This document shows, in pieces, positions 17,924 through 26,700 of a stretch of DNA of 64,000 nucleotides; the first letter of the stretch is position 1; each line of letters starts with the position of its first letter. The notes beneath the pieces were generated by a model, which was given only the letters and a program-made list of their open reading frames with translations, did no database searches and was not told the DNA's origin. The stretch spans positions 326,475 through 390,474 of the forward strand of contig CAVSNN010000002.1 in NCBI GenBank assembly GCA_963729335.1. The letters run 5' to 3'. A program made the translations under genes and the position numbers. This stretch comes from an uncultured Alphaproteobacteria bacterium. GTDB lineage: Bacteria > Pseudomonadota > Alphaproteobacteria > Rhizobiales > Xanthobacteraceae.

Positions 17924-17963
17924 GGCCGGAATGATGGGCCCGGAATGATAGGCCGGGAATAGA
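17924..17963. repeat. three tandem 13-15-bp repeats GGCC(C)GGAATGAT(A)G just 5' of the MFS start
   Basis: GGCCGGAATGATG GGCCCGGAATGATAG GCCGGGAATAGA, ending 4 nt before ATG 17968. Confidence 0.6.
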
Positions 17964-17967
17964 CGCG

Positions 17968-19323
17968 ATGGATAAGCAGGAACTGCGTGCCGCCGGATCG
18001 CTCGCCGCGGTCTTCTCGGTGAGGCTGCTCGGCCTGTTCATGATCTATCCGGTGTTTGCCGCCTATGCCCGCAATCTGTCGGGCGCGAACCCTTATCTGA
18101 TCGGGGAAGCGCTCGGCATTTACGGCCTCACCCAGGGGCTGTTGCAGATTCCATTCGGGCTGTTGTCCGACCGGGTCGGGCGCAAGGTCATGATCGTCGC
18201 CGGGCTTATCCTGTTCGGGATCGGCAGCGCGGTGGCCGCGGTCTCGACTTCGATCGGCGGCGTCATTATCGGCCGCGCGCTGCAAGGCGGCGGCGCCGTC
18301 GGCTCGGTGATCCTGGCGCTCGTTGCCGATCTGACCAGCGAGGAAAACCGCACCAAGGCGATGGCGATGGTCGGCATCACCATCGGCGGCTCGTTCATGA
18401 TCGCGCTAGTGGCCGGGCCGATCGTCGCGAATTTCGTCGGCGTCGGCGGCATTTTCTGGCTGATGGTGGGGCTGGCGCTCCTTGGCATCGCGATCACCCA
18501 ATTCGCGGTGCCAAACCCGCGCCGCATCCGCGTGCATCGCGACGCCGAGGCGGTGCCCGCCTTGATCGGCGGGATGTTGCGCAACGCCGAGCTGTTGCGA
18601 TTGGATTTCGGCATCTTCGCGCTGCACGCCATGCTGACGGCGAGCTTTCTGGTGGTGCCCGGCATGTTGCGCGCCACGCTTAACGTTGAGGTGCACGATC
18701 AATGGATCGTTTATCTGCCGGTGCTCCTGGTTGCGGTCGCGGTGATGGTGCCGGCGATCATCGTCGCCGAAAAATATCGTCGCATGAAGGGCGTGTTCGT
18801 GAGCGCGGTTGCGGCGCTCTTCGCGAGCCAGGCGATGCTTTACCTCGGCGCCGGCAATCTGTTCGTGCTGTTGGCGGCGCTCGTCGTCTTCTTCTCGGCG
18901 TTCAATGTGATGGAGGCGAGCCTGCCGTCGCTCATCACCAAGGCGGCGCCGGCCGCCGCCAAAGGCACGGCGATGGGGCTTTATTCGAGTTCGCAATTCC
19001 TCGGCATTTTCGTCGGCGGCGTCGGCGGGGGCTTGGCCCATCAACACGGCGGCGACGGCGGCGTGTTTGCGCTGACCGCGGCGATTGCGCTCGTCTGGTT
19101 CGTCGCGGCGGCCACCATGGCGCAGCCGAGCTATCTGACGACGCGGCTTCTGCCGGTTGCCGGCGGCAAGGCCGGCGATGCCGAAAACCTCGCCGCCAGG
19201 CTGCGCGGCGTGCCGGGTGTCGCCGAGGCGGTGGTGATCGCCGAGGAAAACCTCGCTTACCTTAAAGTGGACTCCAAATCCTTCGACGCGGCGATGGCGG
19301 CGGCGCTTGCCGGCGGCGGGTGA
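17968..19323 (+). CDS. MFS transporter with a soluble C-terminal extension
   Basis: 12-TM-like profile and the MFS motif GLLSDRVGRKVMIV. The C-terminal part (about 60 aa; RLRGVPGVAEAVVIAEENLAYLKVD) resembles a Cys-less HMA-like fold. Confidence 0.85.
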   Translation: MDKQELRAAGSLAAVFSVRLLGLFMIYPVFAAYARNLSGANPYLIGEALGIYGLTQGLLQIPFGLLSDRVGRKVMIVAGLILFGIGSAVAAVSTSIGGVIIGRALQGGGAVGSVILALVADLTSEENRTKAMAMVGITIGGSFMIALVAGPIVANFVGVGGIFWLMVGLALLGIAITQFAVPNPRRIRVHRDAEAVPALIGGMLRNAELLRLDFGIFALHAMLTASFLVVPGMLRATLNVEVHDQWIVYLPVLLVAVAVMVPAIIVAEKYRRMKGVFVSAVAALFASQAMLYLGAGNLFVLLAALVVFFSAFNVMEASLPSLITKAAPAAAKGTAMGLYSSSQFLGIFVGGVGGGLAHQHGGDGGVFALTAAIALVWFVAAATMAQPSYLTTRLLPVAGGKAGDAENLAARLRGVPGVAEAVVIAEENLAYLKVDSKSFDAAMAAALAGGG

Positions 19324-19334
19324 GGGGACTTGCG

Positions 19335-19790
19335 TCACGGCCGCCAGCTCATCTTGTGCACCGGGCTGCCGGAGATCGGATTTTTACCGGCGCCGGCGAC
19401 GACAAAGCCGCATCTGCGGTAGAACGCGATGGCGCGAGCATTATCGATATTGACGTGGAGATCGAGCCCCTTCGGCGAGATGCGCTTAGCTTCGGCAAGG
19501 AGCGCGTTGCCCACTCCCGATCCCCAGCTTTCCGGCGCTACCACGATTTGATCCAGATAAAGCGTCTTCGGATCGATCGTGACAAAGCCGATCATGACGC
19601 CAGCGGCCTCGGCGATGACGACTTTGGCGGATGCAACAAGCTCGTTGCGCCAGCGCGTGCGCCACCAGTCGAGCCGCGCGTTAAAATCGATGTCCGGATA
19701 GGCTGCTTGCCAAGCCCGCAGCCACAGTACGATGCAGGCGTCCTCGTCGCGCGGATGATACGGTCGTAACGTGAATTCGGCGGGTTCCAT
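19335..19790 (-). CDS. GNAT family N-acetyltransferase
   Basis: 151 aa; the acetyl-CoA motif region is QIVVAPESWGSGVGNALL...AIAFYRRCGF. Confidence 0.85.
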   Translation of the reverse strand: MEPAEFTLRPYHPRDEDACIVLWLRAWQAAYPDIDFNARLDWWRTRWRNELVASAKVVIAEAAGVMIGFVTIDPKTLYLDQIVVAPESWGSGVGNALLAEAKRISPKGLDLHVNIDNARAIAFYRRCGFVVAGAGKNPISGSPVHKMSWRP

Positions 19791-19795
19791 GTTGC

Positions 19796-20086
19796 CTAAA
19801 GTTCGTCGGGGCGAGGCGGCCTACGAGCCGGATGTCGAATATGAAGAATCTGAATTTCTTCGGCCGTCACTGAATAGAAAATGTTGTAGGCGTGATGCGC
19901 ACTCCGTAGAACGCGAACATCTTCCTCGTCGGCGGCTTGCCCGATCTCTGGAAAGTTCGCCAAGCTGGCAATCGATTTCGTGATGGCGGCCGTGACTTGG
20001 AGAGCCGCTTCCGGATTGCGTTTTTCAATATAGGAATGGATTGCTTCGAGATCTGCTAAAGCCCGTGGAAGATATCGAACCCTCAT
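19796..20086 (-). CDS. type II toxin, ParE/RelE family
   Basis: MRVRYLPRALADLEAIHSYIEKRNPEAA...FPEIG...YNIFYSVTAEEIQILHIRH is the ParE pattern. 4-bp overlap with the upstream antitoxin gene. Confidence 0.75.
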   Translation of the reverse strand: MRVRYLPRALADLEAIHSYIEKRNPEAALQVTAAITKSIASLANFPEIGQAADEEDVRVLRSAHHAYNIFYSVTAEEIQILHIRHPARRPPRPDEL

Positions 20087-20310
20087 AGGCCGATGCGCTT
20101 GAAGAACGCCGCGACGACCTCATCGGGCACGAACTCGCCCCGGTCGGCTTGCGCCTTGGCCTCGCGTATGGCGGCGCGCTCTTCGGGACTGAGTTTATAG
20201 ACGCCAAAGTGCTTGGTCTCGATGTCGACGATCGATTTCACCAATTCAGCCTGCGCTTCTTCCGGCCAATCGGCGACGCGTTCCAAAAGTGTTTCGACGA
20301 CTTTGTTCAT
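20083..20310 (-). CDS. antitoxin partner of the ParE-like toxin
   Basis: 75 aa from ATG 20310 (MNKVVETLLERVADWPEEAQAELV...). Small, acidic and helical, with its stop overlapping the toxin start (ATGA). Confidence 0.6.
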   Translation of the reverse strand: MNKVVETLLERVADWPEEAQAELVKSIVDIETKHFGVYKLSPEERAAIREAKAQADRGEFVPDEVVAAFFKRIGL

Positions 20311-20348
20311 TCCGTGATCATACCAGAATTGGGCACATAGCGCACGCC

Positions 20349-21158
20349 TCACAACGCCGTTGCTTGCTTGCCGGCCTCCTTGAGCAACCGCAGCAGTTCG
20401 CGGTGCATGGTGTCGTTGCCGGCGGCGATCTCGCCCTTGGCGAAGATGGCGTCGCCACCGTCGAGGTCGCTGACAAAGCCGCCGGCCTCACGCACGATGA
20501 GCGAGCCCGCGGCCAGATCCCAGGGCGACAGATCGCGCTCCCAATAGGCGTCGAGCCGGCCGGCGGCGACCCAGGCGAGATCGAGGGCTGCGGCGCCATA
20601 GCGGCGCAGCCCGGCAAAATGCTGTTGCGCGGCGGCGATTTCGCGCCGCGCCAAAGCGAGATCGCCGCGGCCGTAATGCGGCAAGCCGCAGGCGACCACC
20701 GCGTCGGCAAGGCGCGCCCGCGCCGCGACGCGGATGCGCCGGTCGTTGAGAAACGCGCCCTTGCCGCGCTCGGCGACGAACAAGTCGTCGTTGGCCGGGT
20801 TATAGACGATGCCGGCGACGATCGCCCCGGCCCGCTCCAGCGCGATCGACACCGCGAAATGCGGAATGCCGTGCAGGAAATTGGTGGTGCCGTCGAGCGG
20901 ATCGACGATCCAGCGATGGCTCTTGTCGGCGCCGTCGCGGGCGCCGCCTTCTTCGCCGAGAAAGCCGTAATCCGGCCGCGCCTTGGCGAGTTCGCCGCGC
21001 ACGATCTCCTCGGCGCGGCGGTCGGCGGCGGTGACGAAATTGCCCGGGCCCTTGAGCGACACCTGCAAATGCTCGACCTCGCCGAGGTCGCGCTTGAGGC
21101 TCCGCCCGGCGCGGTGCGCCGCCTTGATCATGACGTTGAGAACGGCGGAGTGCAGCAT
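20349..21158 (-). CDS. suhB: inositol monophosphatase family protein
   Basis: FLGEEGG...WIVDPLDGTTNFLHGIPHFAVSIAL...WDLAAG are the IMPase motifs. Confidence 0.9.
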   Translation of the reverse strand: MLHSAVLNVMIKAAHRAGRSLKRDLGEVEHLQVSLKGPGNFVTAADRRAEEIVRGELAKARPDYGFLGEEGGARDGADKSHRWIVDPLDGTTNFLHGIPHFAVSIALERAGAIVAGIVYNPANDDLFVAERGKGAFLNDRRIRVAARARLADAVVACGLPHYGRGDLALARREIAAAQQHFAGLRRYGAAALDLAWVAAGRLDAYWERDLSPWDLAAGSLIVREAGGFVSDLDGGDAIFAKGEIAAGNDTMHRELLRLLKEAGKQATAL

Positions 21159-21282
21159 GGCGGTGTCTCGTAGAGCTTACAGCGGCGGCGTCAAGCTACG
21201 CGGCAGGGCGGCCACGAGGGCCGCCCCTACGACATACAAATCCATCCTCGCGGTGCGGACCCGTTGGCTCGCAATGACGCCG

Positions 21283-22449
21283 TCACCGCTCCGCCGGGGC
21301 GGATTGCGGTTGCGGCGCGGGCGGCGCTTGCGCCGGCTGCAACGGTCGGGCCTCTGACTGCTCCGCTTCGGTCTGTTGGGATTGCGCGGCTTGGGTCGCC
21401 TTGATGGCGTCGAGCCAGGGCTGCGCCGCCTTCTGCCCGGCAGCGAGCGTTGCCGGATCGAGGCCCGCCATGAAGTCGTCAAGCGTGATGTCGGTCTCGC
21501 CGCCGGCGCGCGAGACGAGATGCCATTTCACCGCCCGGACCGGATCGCGCCGCGCGCCGAGCCCGCTCGCCAGAATGCGCGCGTAGCGGTCTTGCGCGAT
21601 GGCGCTGCCATGGAGCGCTGCTTTCTTGAAGATCGCGGCGGCGGCGTCTTCGTCGCGTTGGGTGCCGTCGCCGTTATAAAGCGCGATCGCGTATTCGACC
21701 TCGGCGTCGATATTGTCGGCAAGGCTTGCCGCCGCCCACAGCTTGACCGCCTCGTGCATGTCCTTGGGCACGCCGCGGCCTTCCTTGTAAAAGGTGCCGA
21801 GCGCGTATTGGGCGTCCAGGCTGCCGGCGTCGGCGGCGACGCGCAGAAGCTCGGCGGCGCGCTTGAAGTCCTGCGGGAACAGCTGGCCCTCGATGTACAA
21901 AAGCGCGAGATCGTAAGCCGCCTCGGCATGGCCGAGCTTGGCGGCGGCGGCGAGCCATTTGGCGCTTTGCTCGCGGTCGCGCGGGCCGGCGCGGCCGTTG
22001 AGCGCGAACATGGCGAGCGCGAACATGGCGTTCGGGTCGCCGCGCGCGGCGGCAAGCTTGTACCAGTCGGCGGCCTTTTTATCGTCCTGCGGAACGCCGA
22101 GCCCGTTGGCATAGAGCTCGGCCAACAGCGTCATCGATTTGGCATCGCCGGTTTGCACCACGCGGTCGGTGGCGAGCTGGAACGCAGTGAGGAAATGGCC
22201 GCGCTGGAACGCGCCGAAGGCGAGGTCGGGCGCCGCCGCGCTCTGCGCCGGCGCCGTGGCCGGCGTCGCCGTTGTAGGGGCGGGTTTGAAACCCGCCCCT
22301 ACGGAATCCGCGCCTACGCATGAGGCGGCGAACAACACCACGGCAAGGATCGCGGTAGGGGCGGGTTTCAAACCCGCCCCTCCGCGGCGAGAATTTCGGC
22401 TGCCGCGGCAATCGCCGCAGTCGCGCCTTGTGGCTCCGTCCATATCCAA
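21283..22449 (-). CDS. Sel1-repeat (TPR-like) protein, probably exported
   Basis: At least six Sel1 repeats (LAELYANGLGVPQDDKKAADWYKLAAARGD, ALGTFYKEGRGVPKDMHEAVKLWAAAS, and others). The N-terminus is uncertain: the frame passes through two REP copies flanking a hydrophobic stretch ILAVVLFAASC and overlaps the thiE 3' end. Confidence 0.75.
   Translation of the reverse strand: MDMDGATRRDCGDCRGSRNSRRGGAGLKPAPTAILAVVLFAASCVGADSVGAGFKPAPTTATPATAPAQSAAAPDLAFGAFQRGHFLTAFQLATDRVVQTGDAKSMTLLAELYANGLGVPQDDKKAADWYKLAAARGDPNAMFALAMFALNGRAGPRDREQSAKWLAAAAKLGHAEAAYDLALLYIEGQLFPQDFKRAAELLRVAADAGSLDAQYALGTFYKEGRGVPKDMHEAVKLWAAASLADNIDAEVEYAIALYNGDGTQRDEDAAAAIFKKAALHGSAIAQDRYARILASGLGARRDPVRAVKWHLVSRAGGETDITLDDFMAGLDPATLAAGQKAAQPWLDAIKATQAAQSQQTEAEQSEARPLQPAQAPPAPQPQSAPAER
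22274..22302. repeat. REP family 1 copy, in frame inside the Sel1 gene (translated [10 protein letters not shown])
   Basis: GTAGGGGCGGGTTTGAAACCCGCCCCTAC, identical to the copy at 9718. Confidence 0.85.
22355..22383. repeat. REP family 1 copy containing the thiE stop codon
   Basis: GTAGGGGCGGGTTTCAAACCCGCCCCTCC. On the minus strand thiE ends ...GCC GCG GAG GGG CGG GTT TGA, with the TGA in the loop. Confidence 0.85.
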
Positions 22450-23012
22450 TCACCGAGTGCGATGAAATCGGCGCCGGTTTCCTTAAGCGGCCCGACTTCG
22501 TCGCGGCTTGCGGCATAGCCGACGCAGGGAATTTCGAGGAGTTCCGCCCACCAAGTCAGTCGCTCCAACACGTCGTCGAACGGCAGGCGGCGGTCATTCT
22601 GGCCGGGCTGCCCGCCGGGCTCCCCGAACATCACGTAATCGGCGCCAGTCTCGGCCGCGAGCATGGCATCATGACGGCTGCGCAAGCCGCCGGCGCCGGC
22701 GATGCGGTCGGGCTTCAGCAGCGCCAGCGCGGCGGCAAACCGCGCGATCCCGGTCAGATGCGCGCCGTCGGCGCCGGCGCGCGCGGCGAGTTCGGGGCGG
22801 CCGTCGAGAACGAGTGCGACATCCCGCCGCTGCACGAGCGCGCCGAGCGCCTTGGTGCGCTCGATCAGGGTGCGCTCGTCGGCCTCGGCGAGCCGCAACA
22901 GCACCGCGGCGATAGCGGTGGCGCCGAGCGCGGCTTCAAGCGCGCGGGCGAACGCGGCCGGATCGTCAACCGGCGGGGTGACGAGGTAGAGGCGCTGCGG
23001 CGGCGGTTTCAT
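22368..23012 (-). CDS. thiE: thiamine phosphate synthase family protein
   Basis: 214 aa; TMP-TENI-type pattern LYLVTPP...VALVLDGRPELAARAGADGAHL...GADYVMFG...GADFIALG. Confidence 0.7.
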   Translation of the reverse strand: MKPPPQRLYLVTPPVDDPAAFARALEAALGATAIAAVLLRLAEADERTLIERTKALGALVQRRDVALVLDGRPELAARAGADGAHLTGIARFAAALALLKPDRIAGAGGLRSRHDAMLAAETGADYVMFGEPGGQPGQNDRRLPFDDVLERLTWWAELLEIPCVGYAASRDEVGPLKETGADFIALGDWIWTEPQGATAAIAAAAEILAAEGRV

Positions 23013-23020
23013 CGCAAACG

Positions 23021-23145
23021 ATCACCTCCCCCTGCAGGGGGGAGGTCGCCGCGCCGAGCGCGGCGGGAGGGGGTCTGACTGCTGCGCCGCTGGCCCCACC
23101 CCGGCCGCTTCGCGGCCGACCCTCCCCCTGCAGGGGAGGGTTTAG
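23021..23145. repeat. cluster of CTCCCC...GGGGAG hairpins (REP family 2)
   Basis: CCTCCCCCTGCAGGGGGGAGG (23025-23045), CGCCGCGCCGAGCGCGGCG, GGCCGCTTCGCGGCC, CCCTCCCCCTGCAGGGGAGGG (23120-23140). Lies between fba and thiE. Confidence 0.8.
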
Positions 23146-23160
23146 GGTTGCTGCTGCCGC

Positions 23161-24204
23161 TCACGCCGCTTTGCGCTCGAGGTCGGCTTGCCATTGGCCG
23201 AGCGTGGCGAGGCCGTTCATCATGGCGCGGTGGGAAAACGCGCGCTGCGCTGCCGCCACGTTCTCCGGCTTGCCGGACCAGATCTTCTGCGGCGCGGCCT
23301 GCAGCGCGCGGCCATAGGAGAACGACAGCCGCCACGGCAGCGCGCCCATCTTGTGCATGGCGTCGAGATGGGCGGTCGCCTCCTCGTCGGATTGGCCGCC
23401 GGAGAGAAACGCGATGCCGGGAACCGCGGCCGGCACGCAGGCCTTGAGCACCGCGAGCGTCTTGTCGGCGACTTCCTCGACCGAGGCGCGCTTTGGCGAC
23501 TTCTTGCCCGGCACCGCCATGTTCGGCTTGAGCACGATACCTTCGAGCGCGACGCGGTTATCGAACAATTCCTGGAACGTCTCCTTCAGCAGCCAGGTGG
23601 TGACTTCGACGCAGCGGTCGATGTCGTGGCCGCCGTCCATCAGCACTTCCGGCTCGACGATCGGAACCAGCCCCTCGTCCTGGCACAACGCGGCATAGCG
23701 GGCGAGCGCATGGGCATTGGCCTTGATGCAGGTGTAGCTCGGTATCTCATGGACTTGCTCATGGGCTTGCCCGACATCGATCACCGCGCGCCATTTGGCG
23801 AATTTGGCGCCAAGCGAGCGATATTCGGCAAGCCGCTCGCGCAAGCCGTCGAGGCCCTCGGTAACGACTTCGCCGGGACACGAGGGCAGGGGCTTCGTCC
23901 CCTTGTCGACCTTGATGCCGGGCAGCGAACCCGATTTCTCGATCAGCTTGACCAAGGGCGTGCCGTCTTTGGCGTTCTGGCGGATGGTCTCGTCATAGAG
24001 GATGACGCCGGAAATATATTTCGACATCGCGTCGGTCGAGCGGAACAGCATTTCGCGGTAGTCGCGCCTCGTGTCGGGGGTGCAATCGACGCCGAGCGCG
24101 TCGAAGCGTTTCTTGATGGTGCCGGTCGATTCGTCGGCAGCGAGGATGCCGCGGCCGGGCGCGACCATGGCGGCCGCGATTTTGTTCAATTCGGAAACAT
24201 TCAT
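23161..24204 (-). CDS. fba: class I fructose-bisphosphate aldolase
   Basis: GILAADESTGTIKKRF...IVEPEVLMDG...VLKPNMAVPG (Schiff-base Lys)...AFLSGGQS. ATG at 24204 (MNVSELNK). Confidence 0.9.
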   Translation of the reverse strand: MNVSELNKIAAAMVAPGRGILAADESTGTIKKRFDALGVDCTPDTRRDYREMLFRSTDAMSKYISGVILYDETIRQNAKDGTPLVKLIEKSGSLPGIKVDKGTKPLPSCPGEVVTEGLDGLRERLAEYRSLGAKFAKWRAVIDVGQAHEQVHEIPSYTCIKANAHALARYAALCQDEGLVPIVEPEVLMDGGHDIDRCVEVTTWLLKETFQELFDNRVALEGIVLKPNMAVPGKKSPKRASVEEVADKTLAVLKACVPAAVPGIAFLSGGQSDEEATAHLDAMHKMGALPWRLSFSYGRALQAAPQKIWSGKPENVAAAQRAFSHRAMMNGLATLGQWQADLERKAA

Positions 24205-24260
24205 CGGACCCTCCGCGAGGTTCGGCCGGCGATTCGGCGGCAAGGTAATTTATCCATAAT

Positions 24261-25483
24261 TTATCCCGGTTCGGCGGCTTGTTCCGGAACTATCAGCACG
24301 GCCACGCCCGGCAGCGTCTTGCCTTCCAGCGATTCCAAAAACGCGCCGCCGCCGGTCGAGACATGGGTCAGGCGGTCGGTGACGGCGGCGCGGTTGAGCG
24401 CCGCCACCGTATCGCCGCCGCCGGCAAAACTGACAAGCCTGCCGGTCGCCGTGAGTTCCGCCGCGGCCGCCGCGACCTCGATTGTACCACGGTCGAACGG
24501 CGCGTGCTCGAAGGCGCCGAACGGGCCGTTCCAGACCAGGGTCTTGGTGCGGCGCAGCACCGCAACGACGGCCGCGACGGTGCGCGGACCAATGTCCAGA
24601 ATCATGTCGGCTGCGCCCACCTGGTCGACCGCGACGACGCGCGAGGGCACATGATCGGCGAGTTCCGGCGCCACCACGGCGTCGACCGGCAGCACGATCG
24701 CGCGATCAAGCGACTTGGCCTTGGCCATGATGTCGCGCGCGTTGCCCACGAGTTCGGCTTCGTAGAGCGACTTGCCCACGGCGTTACCGGCCGCGACCAG
24801 AAAGGTATTGGCCATGGCGCCGCCGATCACCAGCGTCTCGACCTTGGCTAAGAGATGGCCGAGCAGATCGAGCTTGGTCGAGATTTTGGCGCCGCCGACG
24901 ATCGCCGTCACCGGGTGCTGCGGCCGCTCGAAAGCCTTCTCCAGCGCGTCGAGCTCGCTTTTCATGGCGCGGCCCGGATAAGCCGGCAGGTTCGAGGCCG
25001 TCACGATCGCGGTATTGCTGGCGTGCTCGCGGTGCGCGGCCGAGAACGCGTCGTCGACGAAAAGATCGCCGAGCGCGGCAAGCTTTTTGGCGAATTCCCG
25101 GTCGTTATTTTCCTCTTCGGGATGAAACCGGGTGTTCTCCAGGCACAAGAATGTCGCCGTTCTTCATGGCGGCGACGGCGGCTTCCGCCTGCGGGCCGAC
25201 GCAATCGGCGGCAAAGCCGACCGGCCGCTTGACGATGCGCGCGACCTCGGCGGCGACGGGCTCTCAGCGAATCCTTCGGATCGCGGCCCTTGGGGCGGTT
25301 GAGATGGGAGAGGAGGATGACCCTGCCGCCCTTGCCGGCAAGCTCGGCAATGGTCGGCGCGATTTCCTCGATACGGGTTGAGTCGGCAACCTTGCCGTCG
25401 GCCATCGGCACGTTGAGGTCGACGCGCAGGAGCACGCGTTGACCTTTGACGGCGGCATCGTCGAGGCTGCGGAAGGACGGCAT
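24261..25483 (-). pseudogene. pgk: phosphoglycerate kinase, two frame changes as sequenced
   Basis: The N-terminus [27 protein letters not shown]...[10 protein letters not shown] is in ORF 25001..25573. The middle [39 protein letters not shown] exists only in a third frame. The C-terminal part [15 protein letters not shown]... runs to the stop in ORF 24261..25148. Breaks are near 25262 and 25150. Confidence 0.85.
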
Positions 25484-25515
25484 GGACCCGGGCAAAAGGC
25501 TTGCGAAGCGAAAGT

Positions 25516-26523
25516 TCAGGCGAGCTTGCCCATCGCCACCGCGGTGTCGATCATGCGATTGGAGAAGCCCCACTCATTGTCATACCACGACATCACCCGC
25601 ACCAGCGTGCCGTCGATCACCTTGGTCTGGTCCATGTGGAAAACCGCCGAATGAGGGTCGTGGTTGAAGTCGCTCGATACGTTGGGCGCCTCGGTATAGC
25701 CGAGGATGCCCTTGAGCTGTTGCCCGGCGGCGCGTTTGACCGCCCCGTTGATCTCGTCCTTGGTGGTGGCGCGCTTGGCTAGGAAATTGAAATCGATCAC
25801 CGAGACGTTCGGCGTCGGCACGCGGATCGACACGCCGTCGAGCCGGCCGGCAAGCTCCGGCAGCACCAGTCCGATCGCCTTGGCCGCGCCGGTCGAGGTC
25901 GGAATGATGTTCAGCGCCGCGGCGCGCGCCCGATAAAGGTCCTTGTGCACCTGATCGAGCGCGGGCTGGTCGTTGGTGTAGGAATGCACCGTGGTCATAA
26001 AACCCTTGTCGATGCCGACCGCGTCGTTGAGCACCTTGGCGATCGGCGCGAGGCAATTGGTGGTGCAGGAGGCGTTGGAGACGATCAGGTGCGCGTTGTT
26101 GAGCTTGTCGTGATTGACGCCATAGACCACGGTGAGGTCGGCGCCTTCCGCCGGCGCCGAAACCAATACGCGCCTGGCGCCGGCTTGCAAATGCGCCGAG
26201 GCCTTGTCCTTGGAGGTGAATAGGCCGGTGCATTCCAGCGCCACGTCGATGCCAAGCTCGCGCCACGGCAAGGCCGCCGGGTCCTTGATCGCGGTGACCT
26301 TGATGGCGCCGTTGCCGCAAGAGATGGTGTCGCCCTTGACCGTCACTTCGCCGGGAAAGCGGCCGTGCACGCTGTCGTAGCGCAACAGATGCGCATTGGT
26401 CTCGACCGGGGCGAGATCGTTGAGCGCGACGACCTCGATATCGGCGCGCCCGGCCTCGACCGCGGCGCGCAAAATATTGCGGCCGATGCGGCCGAACCCA
26501 TTGATGGCAACGCGAACCGACAT
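25516..26523 (-). CDS. gap: type I glyceraldehyde-3-phosphate dehydrogenase
   Basis: [16 protein letters not shown]...[12 protein letters not shown]...[12 protein letters not shown]. Intact; ATG at 26523. Confidence 0.92.
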   Translation of the reverse strand: MSVRVAINGFGRIGRNILRAAVEAGRADIEVVALNDLAPVETNAHLLRYDSVHGRFPGEVTVKGDTISCGNGAIKVTAIKDPAALPWRELGIDVALECTGLFTSKDKASAHLQAGARRVLVSAPAEGADLTVVYGVNHDKLNNAHLIVSNASCTTNCLAPIAKVLNDAVGIDKGFMTTVHSYTNDQPALDQVHKDLYRARAAALNIIPTSTGAAKAIGLVLPELAGRLDGVSIRVPTPNVSVIDFNFLAKRATTKDEINGAVKRAAGQQLKGILGYTEAPNVSSDFNHDPHSAVFHMDQTKVIDGTLVRVMSWYDNEWGFSNRMIDTAVAMGKLA

Positions 26524-26700
26524 GTTCCTTCGCTCCCGGTGTAGCCTGATGCCCTGATTTGCGCCGGGCATAAAGCCTTTTCATTGAAACTATTTAACGG
26601 CATTGGTCGCCGGTACAAGCCCCGCTGCCGGCCGGAATGGACTTCCGCCACTGCGGCGGGAGGTCGCGGCGGCCGGCAACCGGCTTGAAACAGTCGCATG

